9,638 bases of DNA from a virus (Duplodnaviria > Heunggongvirae > Uroviricota > Caudoviricetes): positions 1-9,638 of the IMG/VR virus record IMGVR_UViG_2537561977_000015, one strand, 5' to 3'. A program made the translations under genes and the position numbers. Under the pieces are notes generated by a model. That model saw only the letters and a program-made list of their open reading frames with translations. It was not told where the DNA came from and ran no database searches. Shown here piece after piece: positions 1 to 6,405 of the stretch (positions within the stretch are counted from its first letter, which is position 1; every line of letters starts with the position of its first letter).

Positions 1-993
1 CTAATCGATGGACAGTTTATGGACACTTTCAGCCAGCGGATTAAAGTTGATCGCGTCCTGTAAGAAGTCCGGCGAAAAATGAGCGTACGTCATTGTCTGT
101 TGAATCGTGGCATGCCCAAGAATTCGTTGTAACGTAACAATATTTCCGCCATTCATCATAAAGTGTGTGGCAAATGTATGACGCATGACATGTGTAGCCT
201 GCCCCTTCGGCAAATCCGGTTTAACCTCCTGAAGAATCTCCCGGAACTCCAGATAATCAACCTGATACAACAACCCCGTCCGACGGGTTTTAATCAGCGG
301 CACGACCGAATCAGCCACAGGAACTGAGCGAGACTTCCCATTCTTGGTGTTAAAGAACGTCACCCGGTTGCCAACGATATGCTCTCCACGTAGTTCTGAT
401 GCTTCACGCCATCGGGCACCAGTAGAAAGACACAGAATGGCAACACGACGCGCATCACCCTCCAGTCGCTCAAGAAGCTGCTCAATCTCATCATCAGAAA
501 GAAAGGCCATTTCTGTGTTCTGAACTTTCAGTTTGCGTATACCGCGTACAGGGTTCGCGTTGTGAAAGACCTCAGCTTCAATCAGCACCGTGAACATGGT
601 AGACAAAACACATAAATCACGATTAATACTGGACGGCATTAATCCGGCCTGTAATTTCTCTGACCTATACTCGAGCATAAATTTTCGCGTCATATGACTG
701 GCACGAGGATCTCCCATTTCACGAATAACCTTCCCTAGCCTGACTCTGTAGCTATCCCCGTAAGCCTGATTACGCCCGTCAAGCATCCACCACGCATCAA
801 GCAGCTCTGATAATCGCCGCTGATCAGCTGGCTTAGCCTGCCATGGCTTGTCATGGAAGTTCTGTAACACATATTTCTCAAACTCCTGAGCCTTTGATTT
901 CAGGGTAAAGATTTTTCGAATCCGCTTTCCTTCTGCCCCCTGCGGCCTTACATCAACCTGATAACGTCCGTCTTTGAGTTGCTTAATCGACAT
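1..993 (-). CDS. int: Tyrosine site-specific recombinase (integrase), P2-phage integrase family; complete, 330 aa
   Basis: Minus-strand ORF whose stop (TAG, + strand cta) is bases 1-3 of the window. The translation carries the conserved C-terminal catalytic region of phage tyrosine integrases (...LCLSTGARWREA..., ...HVMRHTFATHFMMNGGNIVTLQRILGHATIQQTMTYAHFSPDFL...). The N-terminus MSIKQLKDGRYQVDVRP resembles P2-type integrases as I recall them. I place the start at the ATG at 991-993 (SD-like GGAGGGG upstream) rather than the TTG at 1006-1008 used in the ORF track. Confidence 0.9.
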   Translation of the reverse strand: MSIKQLKDGRYQVDVRPQGAEGKRIRKIFTLKSKAQEFEKYVLQNFHDKPWQAKPADQRRLSELLDAWWMLDGRNQAYGDSYRVRLGKVIREMGDPRASHMTRKFMLEYRSEKLQAGLMPSSINRDLCVLSTMFTVLIEAEVFHNANPVRGIRKLKVQNTEMAFLSDDEIEQLLERLEGDARRVAILCLSTGARWREASELRGEHIVGNRVTFFNTKNGKSRSVPVADSVVPLIKTRRTGLLYQVDYLEFREILQEVKPDLPKGQATHVMRHTFATHFMMNGGNIVTLQRILGHATIQQTMTYAHFSPDFLQDAINFNPLAESVHKLSID

Positions 994-1062
994 GATTAGC
1001 CCCTCCAACGGATAAATTAACTAAACACTCCTTGCGAGATGTAATTCGCTCAATGTGTATCG

Positions 1063-1410
1063 TCAGCCAACATTGCGGCCTGATCGGGGTGATTTTTGGG
1101 TAATGCCGATTGAAGGCTGATCGTCCTCCAACTGAATAGAGCCATCAAGAGAGAGAGCCGGGGCTATCTGCCCTCCGGCTTCAAATGTTTCATCTGTCGT
1201 TAACCAAAGCGCATACTTTTTGAGTCGTGAATTCTTTGTAATCTTGAACAAAATTTCACTCCCTATCCCTTCTTGTCTTCCCGTTTCGTAATATCTTTGG
1301 GTATTAACCGGAATCCCTGTAAGTTCAAAGAATTGCTTTCTTGTCAGCCCTTCACTCTTCCGGATCAATAAAATTTTCTCGCCAATACATGTTGACAGTG
1401 TCGAATTCAT
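1063..1410 (-). CDS. Immunity repressor, P2 C-repressor-like / short XRE-type HTH protein (115 aa)
   Basis: Small minus-strand ORF directly upstream of and co-oriented with int, the position of the immunity repressor in P2-like phages. The N-terminal region has an HTH-like segment (KILLIRKSEGLTRKQFFELTGIPVNTQRYYETGR) and a GQIAPAL segment that I recall from P2 C-family repressors. Family assignment is from memory, not a search. Confidence 0.7.
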   Translation of the reverse strand: MNSTLSTCIGEKILLIRKSEGLTRKQFFELTGIPVNTQRYYETGRQEGIGSEILFKITKNSRLKKYALWLTTDETFEAGGQIAPALSLDGSIQLEDDQPSIGITQKSPRSGRNVG

Positions 1411-1511
1411 ACTACTAAAATCCTCTCAAAGTGTCGTAATCTCGACATTGAAACAAACCAAAACAAACCATCACAAGGCGCGACAAGCGTACCAATGCAA
1501 GAGGATAACAA
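1411..1511. promoter_or_regulatory. Divergent switch region between repressor and early operon; contains a perfect tandem direct repeat AAACAAACCA x2 (1451..1470) and a short palindrome TGTCG-N6-CGACA (1433..1449)
   Basis: A 101-bp non-coding gap between two divergently transcribed genes. The tandem 10-mer is read directly from the sequence. P2-type C repressors are known to bind direct repeats overlapping the early promoter, so this is a candidate operator. Exact -35/-10 elements could not be assigned confidently. Confidence 0.5.
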
Positions 1512-2033
1512 ATGCGGGACATCATTGCCGATAAAGAGTTATCTGACACCAAACAACCTCACGCAAGTAGCGGCATTAGCGAATCCGTTGATGCCGCCAA
1601 CGACAACGAACACGAAGAAAACAAGAAAAAGCGTTCCTACAAAAAAGGAGCGACTTTACGGCTGGATGGTCCGATCGCCGGGCTTTGCTCTCTGGAAAAA
1701 GGCGCGGCATATATTGGGCTAACAAAATCTGCACTGCGCGTAGCCATTCATCGCGGTCAAATGCCGGGACATAAAACGCGCACTAACCCGGAAGATGAAA
1801 ACTCAGACGGCGTATGGTGGTTTAACGCCAAAGAGTGGGACAAGTTGGCTGATGAGCTACCAGAGTGCGAACCACCAGAATGGCACAACTGGAAAAGTTA
1901 CTGGACGTATGACCGCCAGAAAAGAAAGTTCTCTCCAGCCAACAAAGAAGACTGCCAGACCGTTAACGGAAAACGGGTTTATACAGGCAGAAGCTCAAAG
2001 CTGGAGCGACTCAAAAGTAACCAGGTCAACTAA
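1512..2033 (+). CDS. Early-operon DNA-binding protein, Cox/Apl-like (excisionase/regulator-like) with N- and C-terminal extensions, 173 aa
   Basis: First gene of the rightward operon, divergent from the repressor. SD GAGGA lies 7 nt upstream of the ATG. The internal segment GAAYIGLTKSALRVAIHRGQMP followed by a W-rich segment (GVWWFNAKEW) resembles the HTH-plus-wing layout of Cox/excisionase-type proteins. The protein is about twice the length of P2 Cox, so this assignment is tentative. Confidence 0.55.
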   Translation: MRDIIADKELSDTKQPHASSGISESVDAANDNEHEENKKKRSYKKGATLRLDGPIAGLCSLEKGAAYIGLTKSALRVAIHRGQMPGHKTRTNPEDENSDGVWWFNAKEWDKLADELPECEPPEWHNWKSYWTYDRQKRKFSPANKEDCQTVNGKRVYTGRSSKLERLKSNQVN

Positions 2034-2260
2034 ACACATAAAAATGACCAGCCATATCATCAGCGCCATTCTAACCCTTGTGTTTATTGAGATAGGCGTA
2101 ATAGCGATTTATTTTTTCGCAAGTTAACGAGACATGAAGAACGCTTTATTGATCTCAATATTGAGTACGTCGCCGCTTATGCCAAAGGGCTTTTTCCGAC
2201 TGCCATTGGTGCGGTTCTCATAGCGTTTGTTATTTGGCTCATTGAGTAGAGGCACGAAAA

Positions 2261-2671
2261 ATGAATAAGCAGCAAAAAAGCAACACCAATAACGCCCAGC
2301 TCCTAGTGCAACCGGAGGATAAAAGCCTACAGGAACAGCTTAAGTACCTAGATGAGCTGAAACACGACATTATCATCTTTCCGGACAATATTTGCGCTAT
2401 TGGACTGCAAGTATCCCCATTGCAACTTGCCAATACATATCGCCACCTGATCTCTGGGCAAATGCAAAACACGACAGATAACGAAGTGCCAGAAGAGGCG
2501 CGAAAGCACTTTCGTGATTCACTTGGCACAGAAGGGATCGCCATAAAGATACACCCTATTGCAGTTCACATTTCTTTTTATGGCACTCAATCCCCCGAAG
2601 AGGCAATCAAAAACATAATCAAAAGCCAAAACAAGATGACTGAGATAAAACGGGGCGTAGCAGCCCCGTAG
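2261..2671 (+). CDS. Hypothetical protein (136 aa), AT-rich accessory block
   Basis: ORF with a GAGG SD 8-9 nt upstream of the ATG. No recognisable motif. Its 3' end overlaps a hairpin that is shared with the convergent minus-strand gene. Confidence 0.55.
   Translation: MNKQQKSNTNNAQLLVQPEDKSLQEQLKYLDELKHDIIIFPDNICAIGLQVSPLQLANTYRHLISGQMQNTTDNEVPEEARKHFRDSLGTEGIAIKIHPIAVHISFYGTQSPEEAIKNIIKSQNKMTEIKRGVAAP
2650..2669 (-). terminator. Hairpin ACGGGGC-GTAGCA-GCCCCGT; candidate intrinsic terminator for the leftward small gene (U-run on the minus strand only)
   Basis: 7-bp GC-rich stem with a 6-nt loop read from the sequence. On the minus strand it is followed by TTTT. On the plus strand no T-run follows. 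It lies 8 bp past the stop of the minus-strand gene 2678..2857. Confidence 0.4.
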
Positions 2672-2677
2672 AGACTC

Positions 2678-2857
2678 TCAGAAAATAGTGACACTGAACC
2701 CAACAGGATACTTAGTGTTGCTTTCGTTGAGAATTTTGAACGCCAAATCGCGGATTGTTGCAGCAGGATGTTCCTGACTTACCGCCTGAACAGGTGTTTG
2801 CTCAAGGGTATCGAGAAGTTTTTTCATTTGTTCAATGACTTCTTCATGTGAATTCAT
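2678..2857 (-). CDS. Hypothetical small protein (59 aa) encoded opposite to the surrounding early genes
   Basis: Strong SD (AAGGAG) 6 nt upstream of the ATG at 2855-2857 on the minus strand. The ORF track's longer 82-aa version has an N-terminal extension (MVVCCAAFGQ...) that looks non-coding, so I trimmed it to this start. Convergent with 2261..2671 and divergent from 2989..3339. Confidence 0.55.
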   Translation of the reverse strand: MNSHEEVIEQMKKLLDTLEQTPVQAVSQEHPAATIRDLAFKILNESNTKYPVGFSVTIF

Positions 2858-2988
2858 ATGAACTCCTTTTTCAGTGGTGGTTATATCAATAGCTTTCTGG
2901 CCGAAGGCTGCACAACAAACTACCACAAAACCATGCGCCGGGCATGGCTAAAACCCGGCACTAATTCACAACAGCAGTAGGGTCTTGC

Positions 2989-3339
2989 ATGAAACAACAA
3001 AGCAATTCTTCACAACGGCGCTTCCGCAACGGCGCAGAACGCCATGCTAACCGTTTCGCTACCAGTGCATCACGTAGCAGCTCTCGCTACAGCCTGAGCG
3101 AAACACACGCAACACCGGATGGCCACGCTGTAAAACAAATCGGCGAGCACACCTGGCTGATTGAGAAAGCTGGAATCGTGGTTCACAGGTGCCCCCGCAA
3201 CCCATTTACCGGAAACCGCATTTTTGCACTGAGCAGCGGCGACAATCAGTTCGGACAGGATTTCACATTGTACGAAGCGCTACGCACGGTTGACCGCTTA
3301 ATTGCAGGACGTAGTTTTCAGCATCCACGGGGGAATTAA
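2989..3339 (+). CDS. Hypothetical protein (116 aa), Ser/Arg-rich N-terminus
   Basis: ORF at the start of a tightly packed plus-strand gene string. The SD is weak. No recognisable motif. Confidence 0.5.
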   Translation: MKQQSNSSQRRFRNGAERHANRFATSASRSSSRYSLSETHATPDGHAVKQIGEHTWLIEKAGIVVHRCPRNPFTGNRIFALSSGDNQFGQDFTLYEALRTVDRLIAGRSFQHPRGN

Positions 3340-3342
3340 CCA

Positions 3343-3597
3343 ATGGCAACAACGACAAAAAACATGGTAGAGATAGCCTCGGCCTACACTATTATCATGC
3401 ACCGGCTCATAGATAATAATGCCCGTGATGCATTAAATACGATAAAACCTTTGTCGGAAGCAAAAAGCGATATTATCAGCGGATTAAAGTCACTACAGGA
3501 ATGCGCACGCTATGCAGGTGATCACGCCGCATACATGACCATTAACGATACAATTGAGCGCATTGAATCAGGTAAACCATTAAGAGCTTTTGTTTAA
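3343..3597 (+). CDS. Hypothetical protein (84 aa)
   Basis: Begins 4 nt after the previous stop. GGGGGAA SD-like sequence upstream. AT-rich composition matching its neighbours. Confidence 0.55.
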   Translation: MATTTKNMVEIASAYTIIMHRLIDNNARDALNTIKPLSEAKSDIISGLKSLQECARYAGDHAAYMTINDTIERIESGKPLRAFV

Positions 3598-3617
3598 TTG
3601 TTTTCTGGGGAAATGCA

Positions 3618-3860
3618 ATGGGCAAAGAATATAAAACTCTCATTAACAAAGCACTTGAGCGTTTTTATTTTCGCTTAAACACATCAGGGGTCCACGCCGA
3701 ACACGCAGCCCATGATTCATTAGCAAGAGCAATCAGAAGTCTTTATGACGTACCCTTTTATGCTGACGATTTGGATGCAATTAACGAGCTTTCCGAACTC
3801 GTCTGCGCCGCAGAATGCGGAGAGCGCATTGAACCATATAAACTGGGGAATATCGTATGA
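3618..3860 (+). CDS. Hypothetical protein (80 aa)
   Basis: GGGGAAA SD-like sequence upstream of the ATG. Its stop overlaps the start of the next small ORF (ATGA). Confidence 0.55.
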   Translation: MGKEYKTLINKALERFYFRLNTSGVHAEHAAHDSLARAIRSLYDVPFYADDLDAINELSELVCAAECGERIEPYKLGNIV

Positions 3861-3970
3861 GTATATTTATATCATGGATTGTTCTGATTATTTCGGTGGC
3901 CTGCGCAATCGGGATTATGCGAATTATTAATTCAGTAAAAAAGATTGAACGCTTTTTCACTGAAGAATAA
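3857..3970 (+). CDS. Small membrane peptide (37 aa: MSIFISWIVLIISVACAIGIMRIINSVKKIERFFTEE), one predicted transmembrane helix plus a charged tail
   Basis: Not in the ORF track because it is below the size cutoff. Found by reading: ATG at 3857 overlaps the upstream TGA stop (ATGA coupling), GGGGAA SD-like sequence 7-8 nt upstream, hydrophobic N-terminal 20 residues followed by a basic/acidic tail, in-frame stop TAA at 3968-3970. Confidence 0.45.
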   Translation: MSIFISWIVLIISVACAIGIMRIINSVKKIERFFTEE

Positions 3971-4063
3971 TCGCGCAAATAAGATTTCAGGTTAAATAAG
4001 AAAATGTAAAAACAATCCGCATTCGCGGAGGTATTCGCACAAGTAAATAACGGAGATACAAAA

Positions 4064-4474
4064 ATGCTCGAAAAAGAAGAAGGTATTATCAAAGCACTGA
4101 AAGAAATTTCAAAGACAGAAAACGAAGTAGCGAAAAAAGCCGTGGCAAATGCTCATATGAACGTCGCAACCCACACACTGATAGTCGCAAGAGTCACGGC
4201 AGAAGCAGCCGAAATTATCGCAAAACAGAATGCTGAACTGGCAGTTCTCAGAACACAACCAGTCACCGGACTGGATTTGTCTAACACCGGACGCCTTATT
4301 TACACAATTGATTCGGAGCTAAAGCCATACATCATTCTCGCCGGAGTGCAGGATAAATACCTGATTACCCTTTACCCCATAAAAGAATCAGAAATCATGA
4401 AAGACCTCCGCCTGATTGAGCGCACTCACGCTGTATTTACTGATGCCGCACAACGCGCCGTATTAAACGCATAA
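4064..4474 (+). CDS. Hypothetical protein (136 aa)
   Basis: ORF with a GGAG SD about 9 nt upstream. Last gene of the AT-rich block. No recognisable motif. Confidence 0.55.
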   Translation: MLEKEEGIIKALKEISKTENEVAKKAVANAHMNVATHTLIVARVTAEAAEIIAKQNAELAVLRTQPVTGLDLSNTGRLIYTIDSELKPYIILAGVQDKYLITLYPIKESEIMKDLRLIERTHAVFTDAAQRAVLNA

Positions 4475-4481
4475 ACCCGTC

Positions 4482-4820
4482 ATGAAAAAACTGAAATATC
4501 TCGTGGCCCTGTTGGGCCACATCGCCAGGACAGCAACAGGATTTTACTTCCGCCCGTTCAACAAAGTATGGGACGAACACCTACAACAAATCTTGGACGA
4601 AGGTGTTCTTGAGTCAACTAACAAACATGCCGTCTTTTGGCTCTACGGCGACATATACGAAATCTGGATCAGCAACCGCTGGTTTGCGTACGGGTTCCTG
4701 TTCTGCCTGAACGGACAATTTGTAGCCCCGGCAGATGCGTACCGCCCACGTTTCCGCACCATGTACCGCCTGCATCAAATGGTACAGGCCAGCAAGGCAA
4801 AGGAGATGGGGAATGTTTAG
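4482..4820 (+). CDS. Hypothetical protein (112 aa), aromatic-rich
   Basis: ORF beginning 7 nt after the previous stop. Composition shifts to the higher GC of the downstream replication module. Its stop overlaps the next gene's start region. Confidence 0.5.
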   Translation: MKKLKYLVALLGHIARTATGFYFRPFNKVWDEHLQQILDEGVLESTNKHAVFWLYGDIYEIWISNRWFAYGFLFCLNGQFVAPADAYRPRFRTMYRLHQMVQASKAKEMGNV

Positions 4821-5019
4821 AGAATTTACCGTCATTCGTTTTACTGCCAAGGGGCGCGAGTATGAAGTTGATGAACGCCTGGTAGACCTGGACAGAACCG
4901 CGCCGTCACGCACCGAACAAGACACTCATCACATCTATCTCACTGACGGCACTTACTTCTGCGCCACCAACGTGGTGCAGGTGAATCTTATCAGACAGGT
5001 ACAGGAGTCACGCAGATGA
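4813..5019 (+). CDS. Hypothetical protein (68 aa)
   Basis: The ORF track extends this to 4735, but the ATG at 4813 has a canonical AAGGAG SD 8 nt upstream and the upstream extension (MRTAHVSAPCTACIK...) looks non-coding. Its stop overlaps the next start (ATGA). Confidence 0.55.
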   Translation: MFREFTVIRFTAKGREYEVDERLVDLDRTAPSRTEQDTHHIYLTDGTYFCATNVVQVNLIRQVQESRR

Positions 5020-5315
5020 CCATTCTGGACTACATCGCTGCTAATCCGGGTTGTAGCGGTGGAGAAATCGCCGCTGCACTGAATACCCCAACCACAACCA
5101 TTAATGCGGAGTTACGCCGTCTCTGGCGCAGCGGTTCAGTCATAAGAAAAGAGCGCAAAACAGGCGGTCGCTTTTCTTATCAGGTAAACCCGATGCCGTT
5201 CGGGTGTAGCAACCCACTAACCCAGATGTTCAACCAGTTACTGAAGGAAGCCAGAGCATGCACAAAGCCTTTGAACGATGGATGCGCCAGCGCTATGGCA
5301 ACCGCTACGACCTGA
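5016..5315 (+). CDS. Putative winged-helix DNA-binding protein (99 aa)
   Basis: AGGAG SD 8 nt upstream. The N-terminal 60 residues (ILDYIAANPGCSGGEIAAALNTPTTTINAELRRLWRSGSVIRKERKTGGRFSYQV) have the helix-turn-helix plus beta-hairpin wing pattern of MarR/ArsR-type winged helices. The low-complexity C-terminal tail overlaps the next ORF. Confidence 0.5.
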   Translation: MTILDYIAANPGCSGGEIAAALNTPTTTINAELRRLWRSGSVIRKERKTGGRFSYQVNPMPFGCSNPLTQMFNQLLKEARACTKPLNDGCASAMATATT

Positions 5316-5404
5316 CGAAAGATACCGATGGCTACTACTGCCGCGAAGTTGTGAAACGAATGTTTGAAGTGTGGCGCTACTGCCGCAGCTTATACGTTGA
5401 ATAA
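5258..5404 (+). CDS. Hypothetical small protein (48 aa: MHKAFERWMRQRYGNRYDLTKDTDGYYCREVVKRMFEVWRYCRSLYVE)
   Basis: Not in the ORF track. ATG at 5258 with a GGAAG SD-like sequence 9 nt upstream and codon usage typical of the surrounding genes. Overlaps the 3' tail of 5016..5315 in another frame. Stop TAA at 5402-5404. Confidence 0.4.
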   Translation: MHKAFERWMRQRYGNRYDLTKDTDGYYCREVVKRMFEVWRYCRSLYVE

Positions 5405-5476
5405 AACAGGTCATCGCCGATGCGCATACAAAAAAACCGCTTGCCATGCCGCAATCAGCCAGGTTACATTTCCGCT

Positions 5477-5551
5477 GCACCTCATAAAACGGGTGCCGGG
5501 ATTTCCACCCCGCTGACAAACGTAGCGCACAACCGCGCCAGCGGTTTTTTT
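5477..5551 (+). ncRNA. Candidate small RNA (about 75 nt) ending at an intrinsic terminator; speculative
   Basis: Possible sigma70 promoter (-35 TTGCCA at 5441..5446, 18-nt spacer, -10 TACATT at 5465..5470) followed by a segment with internal pairing (GGGTG/CACCC) and the terminator at 5531..5551. No protein-like ORF in this stretch. The 5' end is a guess. Confidence 0.2.
5531..5551 (+). terminator. Rho-independent terminator: AACCGC-GCCA-GCGGTT followed by a T-run
   Basis: 6-bp stem with a GCCA loop, followed by 7 consecutive T on the plus strand (5545..5551). It lies about 130 nt downstream of the last gene of the preceding operon. Confidence 0.6.
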
Positions 5552-5730
5552 GTGCGTACTGTATCGCCACGTCTTTTTCGCACACGAATTATGGTGGGGC
5601 GTACGGGGCCGACTTCGGTCGGGCCGGGTTCTGCGTTTGCCGGTTGTGGAAACCCTGTACGTCTCACCACCCCGAGTTTTCCACCTCTGGATGGTGAGTT
5701 TTCAAAACTTACACACGTAGAGGCCACATC

Positions 5731-5961
5731 ATGGCAAACCGCAAACAACAGCGCGCATACGCTGCGCGTCGTCACATCCAGACTGAAATCAACCGCAGAC
5801 TTTTCCGCGCATCACGCGTCGCGCAAATCATGCACATCAATATGCTGCATGAGCGCAGCCACGCACTATCGAACACCTATTGCGCCTCTGTTTTCAGCTA
5901 TCTGGCGGATGATCTGCACGAGCTTCAGCAGCTCATTCAGCAGCAAAACAAACTCCATTAA
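5731..5961 (+). CDS. Hypothetical small basic protein (76 aa), first gene after the structured intergenic region
   Basis: AGAGG SD 8 nt upstream of the ATG. Arg/Gln-rich helical-looking protein. Position and size resemble the small accessory proteins that precede the replication gene in P2-like phages, but I cannot assign a family from sequence. Confidence 0.55.
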   Translation: MANRKQQRAYAARRHIQTEINRRLFRASRVAQIMHINMLHERSHALSNTYCASVFSYLADDLHELQQLIQQQNKLH

Positions 5962-6033
5962 TTCCTGTTCCGGGCCTTTCCTGCACCTTGCGGCGGGAGG
6001 CCTTCGCACATCTGTAACAAGAGGATTGCCGCA

Positions 6034-6399
6034 ATGATTCTCGCCAACGACTTTCTTGAATACCTGCTCAACACAGAACGTGATCTTGCCGCTCGCGTGC
6101 GTGATCGTTATGACATGTACCTGAAATCCCTGCCTGTACCGCAGCTCGCTGACGGAAAAATTGTTATTGATGGCCGCTACATGATTGACAGCCATGAGGG
6201 AAATTACAGGCTTTACCGCATTGAAGGCGGCACCCCGTCCGTTATTGGCATTTACCAGCGCCCATCCTCTGCAATCGTCGATGTGATTGCCGACAGCATC
6301 CGCATCACACATCGCCATGCCGACACAGAAGACACCGTGCTGGAAATTCAGCGGCTGGCTACCGTCTGCCGCGACACCCTGAATGGCATGACGAAGTAA
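6034..6399 (+). CDS. Hypothetical protein (121 aa) immediately upstream of the replication initiator
   Basis: AAGAGGA SD 9 nt upstream. Compact ORF whose stop lies 6 nt before the next ATG. No recognisable motif. Confidence 0.55.
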   Translation: MILANDFLEYLLNTERDLAARVRDRYDMYLKSLPVPQLADGKIVIDGRYMIDSHEGNYRLYRIEGGTPSVIGIYQRPSSAIVDVIADSIRITHRHADTEDTVLEIQRLATVCRDTLNGMTK

Positions 6400-6405
6400 A
6401 TCACT

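Noticed and set aside
1-1008. Integrase start at the TTG (1006..1008) as given in the ORF track
   Set aside because: The in-frame ATG five codons downstream (991..993) is preceded by a GGAGG SD and gives the MSIKQL N-terminus typical of this integrase family.
1495-2127. Alternative-frame plus-strand ORFs 1495..1722 and 1795..2127 overlapping the cox-like gene
   Set aside because: Both are out-of-frame shadows of the 1512..2033 gene with low-complexity translations. Only the last 27 codons of 1795..2127 are kept, as a low-confidence micro-ORF.
2091-2249. Open frame encoding a hydrophobic helix-like segment (…YVAAYAKGLFPTAIGAVLIAFVIWLIE) in the gap before 2261
   Set aside because: The frame contains no ATG, GTG or TTG start codon between the upstream stop and its own stop, so it cannot be translated as an independent gene.
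2239-2544. 101-aa minus-strand ORF antisense to 2261..2671
   Set aside because: Cys/Ser-rich non-protein-like translation and no SD. The plus-strand gene has the better start context.
5405-5730. Possibility that the structured region is a tRNA or a retron msr-msd
   Set aside because: No cloverleaf with a canonical T-loop (GTTCRANYC) or a 3' acceptor arrangement could be built. No reverse transcriptase gene follows, since the downstream ORFs are 76 and 121 aa.
5420-6037. 205-aa plus-strand ORF spanning the structured non-coding region and the 5731 gene in another frame
   Set aside because: The translation is Arg/Ser/Thr-rich and non-protein-like, it has no SD, and it overlaps a better-supported gene (5731..5961) that has a proper SD. 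The underlying DNA is better explained as structured RNA and regulatory sequence.
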